From Alphaproteobacteria bacterium (GTDB lineage: Bacteria; Pseudomonadota; Alphaproteobacteria; SP197): a DNA stretch of 64,000 nucleotides. The stretch is from NCBI GenBank assembly GCA_964291265.2, contig OZ219747.1:3968001-4032000 (forward strand), read 5' to 3'. Both the position numbers and the translations under genes were made by a program. Under the pieces are notes generated by a model, which saw only the letters and a list, made by a program, of their open reading frames with translations, had not been told where the DNA came from and searched no databases. Positions 49,482-59,493 of the stretch are shown piece by piece; position 1 is the first letter of the stretch, and each line of letters opens with the position of its first letter.

Positions 49482-49962
49482 GCCTCCACGCCGGTCTCCT
49501 CAAGCAAACGCGGCACCCAGACGTCTGAGCGCAAGCCAGTCTCCGCCGTGCCGTCTCCTCCTACGACGCACTGTTTCACCCCCTCGTCGATCAAGCCAGG
49601 CGCATGATGATCTCTCGTCGCCATCGTGACGTTCAAGCGAGAGCATGTCTCCCGCGCCTTCCATCATCCGGACATGAATGAAGTCCATCGCCAACAGAAG
49701 GGCTCCCAGGAAACTCACTGGAGCATTCGACGGCCTGCTCCTCCAACCTCAACTGGTGGACATCGCTCGAGCCTTCGTCGACCTCCAGGAAGCGCGACAT
49801 CAAGCCGACGACAACGCTTGCCGCCACATCAGGCGCCAGGAAGCGATTCATCTCGTCGAGCTCGCCAGCAAGGTCATCGACGACTGGAACGTCATTCGCA
49901 AAACCCCACAAGCTGACACATTCCTTGCCGGACTACTCGTGATACGCCGCATTCAAGGGTGA
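49478..49962 (+). pseudogene. HEPN-like protein, multiply frameshifted
   Basis: MSLHAGLLKQ…ALFH…SRAFHH…AFVDLQEARHQAD spread over several frames. Confidence 0.6.
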
Positions 49963-50421
49963 TCTCACCACTCTTGCTCGTGAAACCGGCGTGCGTCCTG
50001 TTGTCAATGCAACCGGGTTTCCGATGCTCGGTGTCGAACTCCCTGTGATTCGGCTCCTTCCCGGGGACATGCTCGATCCACCCGATTGCGTGCAACCTGC
50101 ATCTTACCGGGGACAAAGTGAGCGCTACACCTCGCGCTGATTCTGCCGAAGTTCCCAGGCATCGGTGACGCCTCACCGGTGATCCATCCGTTGACGGAGG
50201 TTCTCTGCAATCGCCGACCCCGCCTTCAATGTCGCAGTGAACCCTCAATCGGAGGAAACGCATGAACAGCCGCAACGGGCTCTCCCCGAGGCTCGTCAGC
50301 CCGTGGTCTTTCCATCGCAGGGCGGGGTCGACCGCACGGGACGCACCGGCCGTACCACCGTGGAGCAAAGCATCCGCTTAGTGATCATGGCCCACCCCTC
50401 CCGGGCCTCCCTGGCCGGACA

Positions 50422-50448
50422 GTGCCGGCGCCACGAAGGCGCCGGCAC
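50422..50448. terminator. hairpin downstream of the symporter gene
   Basis: GTGCCGGCGCC-acgaa-GGCGCCGGCAC. Confidence 0.55.
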
Positions 50449-50461
50449 CGCCTGTCAGATA

Positions 50462-51871
50462 TCAGGACGACAGATCCTTCGGTGGAATGGGTTTGCCCAG
50501 AGGCTTGCCAATCTCCTCGAAGTAGTCCCGGGTGACCTTGAACACCATCGGTGCAAGCAACATCAACCCGATCAGGTTCGGCACCGCCATCAAACCATTC
50601 AGCGTGTCCGAAAGGTTCCAGACGAAGTCGACCTTGACATTGGCGAACGCAAGGGCCGCCAGCACCCAGAGTCCGCGGTAGAAGATCAGGCTCTTCTCCT
50701 TGAACAGGTACTGCCAGCATCGTTCGCCGTAGTAGGACCAGCCAAGAATGGTGGTAAAGGCAAACACCGCGAGGGCAATGGTAACAATGTACTGCCCACC
50801 TGTCAGGGACACCTCGAAACCGGTCGACGTCAGCACGGCGCCGGTCAGGCCCGCACCGTCTTCACCCGTCATCACCCATGCGCCGGAAGTCAGGATCACG
50901 AGCGCGGTGATCGTACACACTACGAGGGTGTCGATGAACGTTCCGAGCATGGCGATCACGCCTTGGCGAACCGGGCTGTTTGTCTGCGCCGCCGCATGTG
51001 CGATGGCGGCAGAACCAAGGCCGGATTCGTTGGAGAAGACACCGCGGGCAACGCCGAATCGGATGGCTGCGGCCACGGCGGCCCCGGCAAATCCGCCCGT
51101 CGCGGCGGCTGGTGTGAAGGCGTGGGTGAAGATCATCCCGATGGCATCGGGGATGGCCGTGATGTTGATCGCGAGGATCACCAGCGCAGCACCCATGTAG
51201 AGCACGATCATGGTCGGTACCAGCTTGCCCGCAACCTCGCCGATCCGCCGGATTCCGCCGATGACGACGATACCGACCAGCACGGCGACGACAACGCCAG
51301 TCAGCCATGTCGGTACGCCAAAGCTGTTGACCAGGGCGCTCGCCATGGAGTTGACCTGGACGGCATTGCCGATGCCGAAGGCAGCCACCGCACCGAAGAC
51401 AGCAAAGGCGATGCCGAGCCACTTGCCGAGTTCGGGCGCGAACTCCCCGACCCCGTTGCGAAGGTAGTACATCGGCCCGCCGACATACTTTCCGTTGGCA
51501 TCGACCTCCCGATAGGTGACGGCGCAGACGGCCTCGGCATACTTCGTCGCCATGCCGAAGAGAGCGATCAGCCACATGTAGAAGATGGCCCCCGGGCCGC
51601 CGAGGGCGATGGCGGTGGCGACGCCGGCGATGTTCCCTGTTCCCACCGTGGCCGAAAGTGCCGTCATCAGGGCGTTGAAGGGCTTTACTTCGCCCTCGCC
51701 TGCCGCGCTTCCCTTGTCAAAGAGAAGGCGGAATCCGTATCCCACCTTGCGCCAGGGCATGAACATCAGTCCCACGGTCAGCAGCACGCCCGTGACCCCG
51801 AGCGCGCCCAGCATGGGCGGCCCCCAGGCGAAGGCGTTGATCGAATTGATGATCGAATTCAGACTGTCCAT
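50462..51871 (-). CDS. alanine/glycine:cation symporter (AGCS/AlsT family)
   Basis: ATVGTGNIAGVATAI, GGPGAIFYMW, GGPMYY, RGVFSNESGLGS, DTLVVCT; GAGGAG RBS. Confidence 0.93.
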   Translation of the reverse strand: MDSLNSIINSINAFAWGPPMLGALGVTGVLLTVGLMFMPWRKVGYGFRLLFDKGSAAGEGEVKPFNALMTALSATVGTGNIAGVATAIALGGPGAIFYMWLIALFGMATKYAEAVCAVTYREVDANGKYVGGPMYYLRNGVGEFAPELGKWLGIAFAVFGAVAAFGIGNAVQVNSMASALVNSFGVPTWLTGVVVAVLVGIVVIGGIRRIGEVAGKLVPTMIVLYMGAALVILAINITAIPDAIGMIFTHAFTPAAATGGFAGAAVAAAIRFGVARGVFSNESGLGSAAIAHAAAQTNSPVRQGVIAMLGTFIDTLVVCTITALVILTSGAWVMTGEDGAGLTGAVLTSTGFEVSLTGGQYIVTIALAVFAFTTILGWSYYGERCWQYLFKEKSLIFYRGLWVLAALAFANVKVDFVWNLSDTLNGLMAVPNLIGLMLLAPMVFKVTRDYFEEIGKPLGKPIPPKDLSS

Positions 51872-52219
51872 CGTGTCCTCCTCTTGCCCCACGTGTGATC
51901 AGGATCCTTGGTCAGGTGCTGAAGGGGGCTGGTTCAAACCTGCAAGATATCCGACAGGGAACCTTGCATCCAGACCGTGCCAGCCGGACCCGTCATGTTC
52001 CGATGACGGCGTTCTGGCAACCTATTGTCAGGGTATCGGTCCAGCAGTGGTCGCCCATGACGCGGATCATGTGGTCTGCAGACCGAAAGCAGCGACGCAG
52101 CAACCGGGCGCGCGTCGACATCCCGAGAACCTGGACGCTCCGCCTTCCGGCGCCTCCGATCCCGTCCATGCTCCACTCCGGGGCAGTACGCCGGTGCCTT
52201 GCGGAAACTGGAGCTCGAA

Positions 52220-52797
52220 CGCAACCCGGGGCATCGCCGACACGAATCAGGGACACCTTCGCCTCCATTTGCGGCCGATCCCCTCCCGGAACTCCAGACC
52301 GATCGAGAATGCCCGCCTTCGCCAATCGTGCAGCGGCAGTTCCTTGACCGGCTTTACGGTGTCGACCGCTAAGAGGTCGAGTGTGCTGAATCTTGAGACA
52401 CGGCCCCTGAAAGGCATCGCGGCGTCATGAGGATGCTGTTTCACCAGGGTACGCCGGTTCCGCTGCGCAAGCACCTGCAGGACCATCGTGTGGAGTCTGC
52501 TTTCGAGCGTGGATGATCAAATCTTCGCGACAGCGCGTTTCTCGGTCGCGCCGAGGCAGAGAGCTTCGCACTGCTGATGACGACGGACCAGCGCCTGCGT
52601 CATCAGCAAGACCTCGCGAGGCGGCAACTGTCGGGGCTGGTCCCGCCGTCCACGTCTTGACCGCGCATCGAGGCACACATCGAGCGGACTACGGTCGCGA
52701 TCGAACGGTTGGCGCCAGGCGAGAGCGTCGAGCTTCCGATTTGGACGTCGAGCAGCGCCACCTCGACGAGTGCCTCACCGAGAACGGGAACGTGTGA
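52220..52797 (+). pseudogene. decayed DUF433-like antitoxin + DUF5615-like PIN toxin pair
   Basis: From ATG 52427: MRMLFHQGTPVPLRKHL…AFERG* then LLMTTDQRLRHQQDL; upstream ERNPG…QFLD…GVDR fragments. Confidence 0.6.
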
Positions 52798-52893
52798 AGG
52801 CCCCGGCGCAGGCACGAGACGGCTGCCGTGTATCAACGATCCACGATCCACTCTGCGGTCGCACCAGGGGCGGGAAAGACAAGGTGGACCGAT

Positions 52894-53601
52894 TCACTCC
52901 CCGATCTTCTCCGATTGACTCCACGCAGCCTTGATGTCGTTGACGGTGGCACCGGGACGGCGTGCGGCCTCGAGTATGACCGCCTCGCGGCGTACCATCA
53001 GATCGAGGCTCTCGAGGACACCTCTCACCGTCGTCAACGGAACGACGACCGCACCGTGACGGTCCGCGTGGATGAGGTCTCCATCCTTGACGACCATGCC
53101 GTTGATGTTCACCTCGCAAGCCCATTGGGCGACATGGACGAAGGCATGTGACGGCGCGATCAGACCGGCCAGAACCTGGAAATCAGGCGCCAGTTGATCG
53201 ATATCCCGCACACTGCCATCGGTCACGAGTCCCCGGCAGCCGAGTGCCTTGTGAACCGTGCTGTTGACTTCGCCGAAGAGCGCGCCGTACCCCGGACGTT
53301 CATCGACATCCTGGACCACGCTGATCTTGGGAACATCGCCATCGGCAACGTAGTCGAGATAACGGTTGCGAAGGGACCGTGCCTCGTCTGGCGTCCATCC
53401 GGTCGGATCCTTGGCCCGCATCGTCGCCGTCCGGGCAAAGCCGACGATGGGCTTCATGTGGGGAAAGAGGCAATGCAGGTGCTGGACGGTGAATCCGAAT
53501 CCGCGCCTTTCCGGCACCACCATTTCCAGCAGGTTGCAGATGGTCGGCGTGTCGATATCGGCGAGCGCGGCGATCTCGTCAGCCGTCGGTTCATCGGTCA
53601 T
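52894..53601 (-). CDS. RraA family protein
   Basis: DTPTICN, VGFART, ALFGEVN, VTDGSVRD, GDLIHADRHGAV. Confidence 0.88.
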   Translation of the reverse strand: MTDEPTADEIAALADIDTPTICNLLEMVVPERRGFGFTVQHLHCLFPHMKPIVGFARTATMRAKDPTGWTPDEARSLRNRYLDYVADGDVPKISVVQDVDERPGYGALFGEVNSTVHKALGCRGLVTDGSVRDIDQLAPDFQVLAGLIAPSHAFVHVAQWACEVNINGMVVKDGDLIHADRHGAVVVPLTTVRGVLESLDLMVRREAVILEAARRPGATVNDIKAAWSQSEKIGE

Positions 53602-53651
53602 GGCATCATCCCCGGTTCCTGTTCAAAGATCTCGTGTGTGCCGCACGCACC

Positions 53652-55307
53652 CTATCGCTGCGTGGTCTGCCAGTCGACCGCACGATGAAACGGCGTGTAA
53701 TCGGGAACAAGCGGTTCGCGTCCGACGATGAGATCGGCGGCCTTTTCTCCCAGCATCAGGCAGGTTGCGTTGAGATTGGCGGTCACCACATTGGGCATGA
53801 TCGACGCGTCAACCACGTGAAGGTTGTCGAAACCATGAACCCGGGTGTCGCGGTCGACCACTGCTTCATCGTCATATCCCATCTTGCAGGTGCAGGCCGG
53901 ATGATGCTCGGTCTCTCCGACGCGGCGCGCGAAGGCATCGACATCCTCCCGGGACGTGACGTTCTCGCCCGGGGCGAGTTCCTCTCCACGGTAGGAATCG
54001 AAGGCCTTCTGGGAGACAATCTCACGCGTCAACTCGAGTCCCTCCCGGAATTCGAGGCGGTCGTTCTCGGTCTTGAGGTGGTTGAACCGGATGCGGGGGG
54101 GATCGAAGGGATCGGCGGACTTCAGTCGGACGCAACCCCGGCTTGTCGGGCGCATCTGGCTTATGTGGATCTGGAAGGCGTGCGCCCTGGCGGGCACCGT
54201 GCCGTCATAGCTCATGGCTGCGGCAACGAAGTGGTGCTGGATGTTGGGGTACTCGATGCCGGGGCGGCTGCGGAAGTAGCCGCCGGCCTCGAAGAGGTTG
54301 GAGGCGGCAACACCCCGCTTCGCCAGCAACCACTCCACGCCGGCCAGGGCCTGGCCAAGGGGCTTCGTCGCCGGGTAGTGGGAGACCGGTTCCTGGCACC
54401 GCCACTGAATGGTCCAGTCGAGGTGGTCCTGGAGGTTGCGACCGACGCCCGGCAGGTGATGCACCACGTCGATTCCGTGCTCCCTCAGTTCATCGGCAGG
54501 TCCGATCCCCGAACGCAGGAGGATCTGCGGAGAGTTGAAGGCGCCGGCGCTGAGGATGACAGCACGTTCGGCCCGCATGGTCCTCGATCGTCCGCCCTGG
54601 ATGTATTCGACTCCGACCGCACGGCTGCCCTCGAAGACAATGCGGTCGATAGTGGCCTTCGTCAGGGCCTCGAGATTGGGGCGATGGAGTGCCGGATGAA
54701 GCCAGGCGCGTGCCGCGGAGTTCCGTACACCGCCCAGCACCGTGCGCTCCATGTAGAAGACCCCTTCCTGGCGATAGCCGTTCACATCTTCGGTGAAAGG
54801 ATATCCCGCTTGCTGGCCCGCCTCGACATAAGCCCGGTAGAGAGGACTGCTGCCACCACCTACGGTGATCTCCAGGGGACCGTCCCGGCCGCGGAACGCG
54901 TCATCGCCACGGTCGGTTTTCTCAAGTTTCCGGAAATAGGGGAGACAGTGGGCGAACGACCAGTTGTCGAGGCGGTTGGTGGCCCAGTTGTCGTAGTCGA
55001 GGGGATTGCCCCTCAAGTAGACCATGCCGTTGATCGACGACGATCCGCCCAGGACCTTGCCCCGCGGATAGAGGAGCTGGCGGTTGTCCATGCCCGGTTC
55101 AGGTTCGGAGAAGTAGCGCCAGTTGTACCGTTTGCCGTTGATGATGATCCATGCCGCTGCCGGCATGCGCAGCAACCACAGGCTGCGGTCCGACGGACCG
55201 GCCTCCAGCACCTTCACCGTCACATCCGGGTCCTCACTCAAGCGGTTTGCCAGCACGCACCCCGCCGAACCCGCGCCAATCACGATGTAGTCCGCTGTCT
55301 TCACCAT
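53652..55307 (-). CDS. GMC oxidoreductase, choline dehydrogenase-like
   Basis: GAGSAGCVLA, PRGKVLGGSSSING, GRNLQDH, HPACTCKMG, VVDASIMP. Confidence 0.9.
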   Translation of the reverse strand: MVKTADYIVIGAGSAGCVLANRLSEDPDVTVKVLEAGPSDRSLWLLRMPAAAWIIINGKRYNWRYFSEPEPGMDNRQLLYPRGKVLGGSSSINGMVYLRGNPLDYDNWATNRLDNWSFAHCLPYFRKLEKTDRGDDAFRGRDGPLEITVGGGSSPLYRAYVEAGQQAGYPFTEDVNGYRQEGVFYMERTVLGGVRNSAARAWLHPALHRPNLEALTKATIDRIVFEGSRAVGVEYIQGGRSRTMRAERAVILSAGAFNSPQILLRSGIGPADELREHGIDVVHHLPGVGRNLQDHLDWTIQWRCQEPVSHYPATKPLGQALAGVEWLLAKRGVAASNLFEAGGYFRSRPGIEYPNIQHHFVAAAMSYDGTVPARAHAFQIHISQMRPTSRGCVRLKSADPFDPPRIRFNHLKTENDRLEFREGLELTREIVSQKAFDSYRGEELAPGENVTSREDVDAFARRVGETEHHPACTCKMGYDDEAVVDRDTRVHGFDNLHVVDASIMPNVVTANLNATCLMLGEKAADLIVGREPLVPDYTPFHRAVDWQTTQR

Positions 55308-55559
55308 CACGTCACGCCAATCACGCACCTTCGATGCCGATCAGAACAGAAACACACGTTCTCTCTCAAGAAGTTTTGCCACGCGCAGTCGTCCATGGTG
55401 CGAGCGGACAGTCTCGACCAAGTGATCATCGCGGGTCTCGTCGCAGCCGTCGTTCTTCCCGACAGGGGGGCAGTAAGCGCTTGCACCGGTCTCTGTTCCG
55501 ACCGTCGTCGCGCCGTATAGATCCATCTGCTCGTAATCCCTGCGCTTCCGCTCGCCTCC

Positions 55560-55815
55560 ACAGACAGAACAATGGTGCCGCGACCAGCCGGTTGCCAAAC
55601 CGCACGACATCCGTACCGTCATGAAGGATGGCATCGAAGGCGAAGCGATCGTCGCACGGATCTGCCAGCGCCCGGAGGCCGGCGAATCCGCCGGTCTTGA
55701 CCGTGGTGCTTGCCTTGCGATCATCCCGTCGCCGGGTTCCCGACCTCACGCATATCCCGGTCACGGAAATGATGCGGCGAAAACTCTGGATCAATCGGAT
55801 ATGGCGGTTGTCCAT
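55560..55815 (-). pseudogene. remnant of an AAA_14/DUF4143-type gene
   Basis: DRFAFDAILHDGTDVVRFGNRLVAAPLFCLW resembles the DUF4143 C-terminus. Confidence 0.45.
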
Positions 55816-55866
55816 GGGCGCAAGAGTCACTATGGTATTGTGTCACAGGAACTGTGGGATTGTGAC

Positions 55867-56130
55867 ATGAAGAACATTACCGTTTCCGTGGATGAAGAGA
55901 CCTATCGCCTCTCCCGGGTCCGGGCAGCGGAGGCCGGTACGTCTGTATCGGCGCTTGTACGGAACTTCCTGAAGGAACTGGCTCAACACACCGACCCCGA
56001 GAGCAGGTTCGACCGCCTGCGAAGATTGCAGGACGAGACGCTGGATTCCATCCGCGCCCGAGGCGCGGGCTTGCGTACCGCAGATAATCTGCCACGGGAA
56101 AGACTGTACGATCGCGATGCGCTTCGTTGA
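55867..56130 (+). CDS. ribbon-helix-helix antitoxin (VapB-like)
   Basis: MKNITVSVDE…AAEAGTSVSALVR…RERLYDR; overlaps the PIN gene. Confidence 0.85.
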   Translation: MKNITVSVDEETYRLSRVRAAEAGTSVSALVRNFLKELAQHTDPESRFDRLRRLQDETLDSIRARGAGLRTADNLPRERLYDRDALR

Positions 56131-56557
56131 CACCAATATCCTTCTTTATGCGGTCGGCGCGGAGGACGGAGACAGTGAGAAGCGGCGGCTTTCGCTCGAC
56201 TTGCTCACCGCGACGGATCTTGCACTGTCGGTTCAGGTGCTCCAGGAGTTCTACTTTCAGGCGACCCGCCCTTCGCGCCCCGACGCGTTGCGGCACGACG
56301 AGGCAGTGGCCTTCGTCCATTCCTTGCAGCGGTTTCCCGTTCAGGCCATCACCCCTGGCGTGATGCACTCGGCGTTCCGGATTTGCGTGCGTTTCCGGCT
56401 GTCCTACTGGGACAGCGCTATCCTTGCGGCCGCACGCGCATGCAACTGCGACACTGTCTATTCGGAAGACATGAACCACGGGCAGGATTACGGCGGTGTT
56501 CGCGTCGAAAACCCCTTCGCTGGCACGATCCTGTTCGGTCGGCCTTCACCGGGATAG
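56117..56557 (+). CDS. PIN-domain toxin (VapC-like)
   Basis: FVDTNILLYA, QVLQEF, LSYWDSAI, YSEDM, NPF. Confidence 0.9.
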   Translation: MRFVDTNILLYAVGAEDGDSEKRRLSLDLLTATDLALSVQVLQEFYFQATRPSRPDALRHDEAVAFVHSLQRFPVQAITPGVMHSAFRICVRFRLSYWDSAILAAARACNCDTVYSEDMNHGQDYGGVRVENPFAGTILFGRPSPG

Positions 56558-56577
56558 AGCCGGGCGCCCGCCGGCGC

Positions 56578-56706
56578 GACGGCTTCAGCGCATCTTGGTT
56601 CGCTTCAAGAGGCGGCGTATCCGCGCGGCGCCGCCGCACCGGGCTTCCGTCAGCATCCCCTGAAGGGCGACCGTGCGGACCAGTGGTACGTCCGCGTCTC
56701 CAGCGT
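56578..56706 (+). pseudogene. HigB-like toxin fragment
   Basis: QEAAYPRGAAAPGFRQHPLKGDRADQWYVRVS matches the HPLKGDR.G.WSV.VS signature. Confidence 0.6.
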
Positions 56707-57183
56707 AGGCGAGTAGAGTAAGGCGTTGTTTGTTCGATCGCGGTGGGGGGAGCCGGGTTGCCCCGGTCCCCCCGCTGTCGCGGCAGGAATGCGCACTGCT
56801 GCGCACCCCCCGCACAGAGCCGGACCTGGACGCCCATCCATGGGCTCCTACCTCGGGTGCCTGACGGTAAACCGCTGGTCCGGCCATGGGTGGCGGATGG
56901 AGACGCGCGGCCAAAGGAGATCGGCCATGCGCACCCAATCGCTTCCAGTCGAAACGGTGGCGCTGGGAGCGGCGGCGTATCGCCCGCCGCCACAGGCGTC
57001 GCAGCCTGCCGCGGAACGTGCTCAGCCATCGGGACGGCCCCGGGACAGCGACATCGTTGAGCCAGCCTTGACAGACCCGCTCAAGGTAAGCGCTCGGTCA
57101 GAGGGTGACGATGATGAGGGTGACGGTGGCAACTGCGCACATATTCCCGGGTCTCGCCCGCATTCGCACAACGGAGCAGGATC

Positions 57184-58029
57184 TCAGCTGTCCCTAGGGA
57201 GGTAGCCGAAGCGTTGCATCTGTTCGCCATGGGCCTCGCAGATCCGCCGGACCTGGCTCTCGCTCAGTTCGTCCTTCCATCCACCGGCCTTGCCACGCCG
57301 GAAGAAGCTCCTCTGGTGCTCCGACCTCTCCTTGAACCCGCCAGCCTCCTCCTGGCCCTGCATGGTCCGGAACGAGGAGTTGCGGATGGCCCGCAGCAGC
57401 CTCTGGCGCGACGGCTTCAGTCCCAGAAACCGCGCCACCCCGCCAAACGTCGCCGAGGGCTTGTCGATCAAGTCCTCATATCTCACCACATGGAGGCGTT
57501 CACTCGCCCTGCCCGTCCAGCTCGCCACGTGCTGTGACCAGCTGCCCGAGACGATCGAGACATTGTTGCGATCAGGATCATGGGGCATCTCCAGGTAGTC
57601 GGTCGCCATCAACTCGATCGTCTGGTCGAGATCGGTTCCCATGAAGTCCGCCGAGGAAGAGGCCACATCGAGAGGATTGCGCACCATGTAGATGGCGCCC
57701 GATGTCACGCCGAGATTGATGGTCGGATGCCCATGCACCGTCATCAGTGCATTGTGGGTCTTGCAGAAGATGGAACCCTGCTGCCCCCTTGCGATCAGTT
57801 CACAGACCTTGGGCCGCATGGCGGCCACGTCCTCAGGCGACCATTCGCTCACCGGGCGCTTGTCCATCATCCTGAACCACATCAGCGCCCCGTCGCTCTG
57901 CAGGAGTTCGCCCTGCATCCTGTTCAGGTCAGCCGGCCGCGCCTCGTTGTGGAAAAGATTGTAGAGGAACGCCCGCATCCATGTGTTGCCCGACTTCGGA
58001 TAGCTGGCCAGCCAGACAATGTCGCCCAT
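57184..58029 (-). CDS. sulfotransferase domain protein
   Basis: WLASYPKSGNTW (5'-PSB), KTH, VRNPLDVASS (3'-PB), RYEDL, FFRRGKAGGW. Confidence 0.92.
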   Translation of the reverse strand: MGDIVWLASYPKSGNTWMRAFLYNLFHNEARPADLNRMQGELLQSDGALMWFRMMDKRPVSEWSPEDVAAMRPKVCELIARGQQGSIFCKTHNALMTVHGHPTINLGVTSGAIYMVRNPLDVASSSADFMGTDLDQTIELMATDYLEMPHDPDRNNVSIVSGSWSQHVASWTGRASERLHVVRYEDLIDKPSATFGGVARFLGLKPSRQRLLRAIRNSSFRTMQGQEEAGGFKERSEHQRSFFRRGKAGGWKDELSESQVRRICEAHGEQMQRFGYLPRDS

Positions 58030-58041
58030 GCAAGGTATCCC

Positions 58042-58075
58042 AAAGGAAAGGAGCGGCCCACAGGAGGCCGCTCCT
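58042..58075 (-). terminator. intrinsic terminator of the porin gene
   Basis: GGAGCGGCC / GGCCGCTCC stem followed by a T-rich tract on the minus strand. Confidence 0.6.
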
Positions 58076-58105
58076 CGAAGAACATGCGATATCAGGTGAT
58101 GGTGA

Positions 58106-59197
58106 TCAGAAGCTGATCGCCATCGCAACACCCGCAAACGTGGTGTCTTCCTTGTTGTCGGTGGTGTCATTGCCGAGAACGCCGGCAAGATTGATGCCAG
58201 GGCCGAGGTTGTAGTTGCCCATCAGGCGGGCGTAACCGTTGTCAAGCATGGCGCTGTCCTGCGTCTTCTCGCCGTAGTTGATGCTGACGGTCCACGGACC
58301 CTCGCCATAGCTGATGCCGACGTCATACTGCTCGACGTCATCCACCCCCTGCATGTCCGGATCCACTGCCCTGTAGGACCCGCCTACAGACACCCCGGAC
58401 ATGGACACGACCACGCCTGCGCTCCAGTCATTGACGGTCCGGCCGGGTGCGGCAGCCACTTCTGCGGAGCCAGGGTTGCCAGGTGTCGCTTCTACTGGAT
58501 CGGCGGCCATGACCGCCGGAACGTCCTGGCTGGCATACCCGCCGGCAAACGTCACACCGACATCACCAAAGGCGCCGTCATAGCGAGCGCCAACCCCGAA
58601 TACTTCGCCTCCCTTGGTCCTGGACGCGGTGCCGCTTCGTGCTTCCGCACCCGCCTCGGGCGCATAGGACACACCGAACTGGAATCCGTTGATGACCGGC
58701 GAGAAATACATCGCGGATGCGGAATCGCCCGCATCAGCACCGGCGAACGTGGAGTGCCATCCAGCACTGCTGATGCTGCCAGACCAGTAAGGCGTGTTGA
58801 TGCCATAGAGGTACGTTGCATAGGGTGCCGCCGTACTCATCGAGTAGCTCGCAGGATCATCGTTGCCGACGCGGATCGTGCCGAACGAGCCTTCCAGGTA
58901 CATGTAGGTCTCATCACCCTGGTCTGAGCTCTCCTCGCCTTCGATCTCGAAGCGCACACCGACTTCGATACCACTGTCAAGAACCGTGGAGCCGGAGAAC
59001 CTGAGCTCGACATCGTTCGAGAAGGCGACATCATCCGTCGTGTCTTTGTCCATGTCGTTGTCGACGATAGCGATGCCCCAGTGCGAGTTGCCGCCAACGC
59101 TGAGCGAGATCGGCTCGGCCATCATCTCGTCGGCGGCCACACCAGTGGTCACCGCGGCTGCCACAAGGGCAGTGGTTCCCATAAGAGCCTTTTTCAT
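58106..59197 (-). CDS. outer-membrane porin (alphaproteobacterial Porin_4-like)
   Basis: MKKALMGTTALVAA signal, FSGSTVLDSG, EGSFG, YFSP..NGFQFGVSYAP, terminal Phe. Confidence 0.9.
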   Translation of the reverse strand: MKKALMGTTALVAAAVTTGVAADEMMAEPISLSVGGNSHWGIAIVDNDMDKDTTDDVAFSNDVELRFSGSTVLDSGIEVGVRFEIEGEESSDQGDETYMYLEGSFGTIRVGNDDPASYSMSTAAPYATYLYGINTPYWSGSISSAGWHSTFAGADAGDSASAMYFSPVINGFQFGVSYAPEAGAEARSGTASRTKGGEVFGVGARYDGAFGDVGVTFAGGYASQDVPAVMAADPVEATPGNPGSAEVAAAPGRTVNDWSAGVVVSMSGVSVGGSYRAVDPDMQGVDDVEQYDVGISYGEGPWTVSINYGEKTQDSAMLDNGYARLMGNYNLGPGINLAGVLGNDTTDNKEDTTFAGVAMAISF

Positions 59198-59321
59198 TGT
59201 TCACTTCCTTTCATGTAGGATCCTAGTCAAGGAACTGCCGGCACAACCAGTGCTGGCAAGGGTTCTAGGTAGTGCGACACCACGGGCCCGTCAAAGGTAG
59301 GTATGGCGTAACGTCCACAGG

Positions 59322-59339
59322 TGTTGCATCATTGCAACA
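59322..59339. promoter_or_regulatory. palindromic putative regulator site upstream of porin
   Basis: TGTTGCA-tcat-TGCAACA, 125 nt upstream of the porin start. Confidence 0.4.
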
Positions 59340-59427
59340 GTCGTTGTCCACATCCCACCACATCTGACTGAGCGACATGGCCCGTCGCGTCCCAAAGGCA
59401 TTCGGATAAGTTTTTCCTGCGTTCGGA

Positions 59428-59470
59428 TAAAAAAGTCCCCCGACTTCGGGTTTTGCCCGAAGCCGGGGGC
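59428..59470 (-). terminator. intrinsic terminator inside the IS after the transposase
   Basis: CCCCCGACTTCGGG-ttttg-CCCGAAGCCGGGGG hairpin followed by a T-run on the minus strand. Confidence 0.75.
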
Positions 59471-59493
59471 CTGTCTGGCGGCTGGCGTTGGTG

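Noticed and set aside
51872-52420. Glycine riboswitch upstream of the alanine/glycine symporter
   Set aside because: I could not find the GGAGA…CCGAAG…CTYTCAGG motifs in order; only a generic hairpin (~51979-52019) and TA debris. An Infernal search with the Rfam glycine model would settle it.
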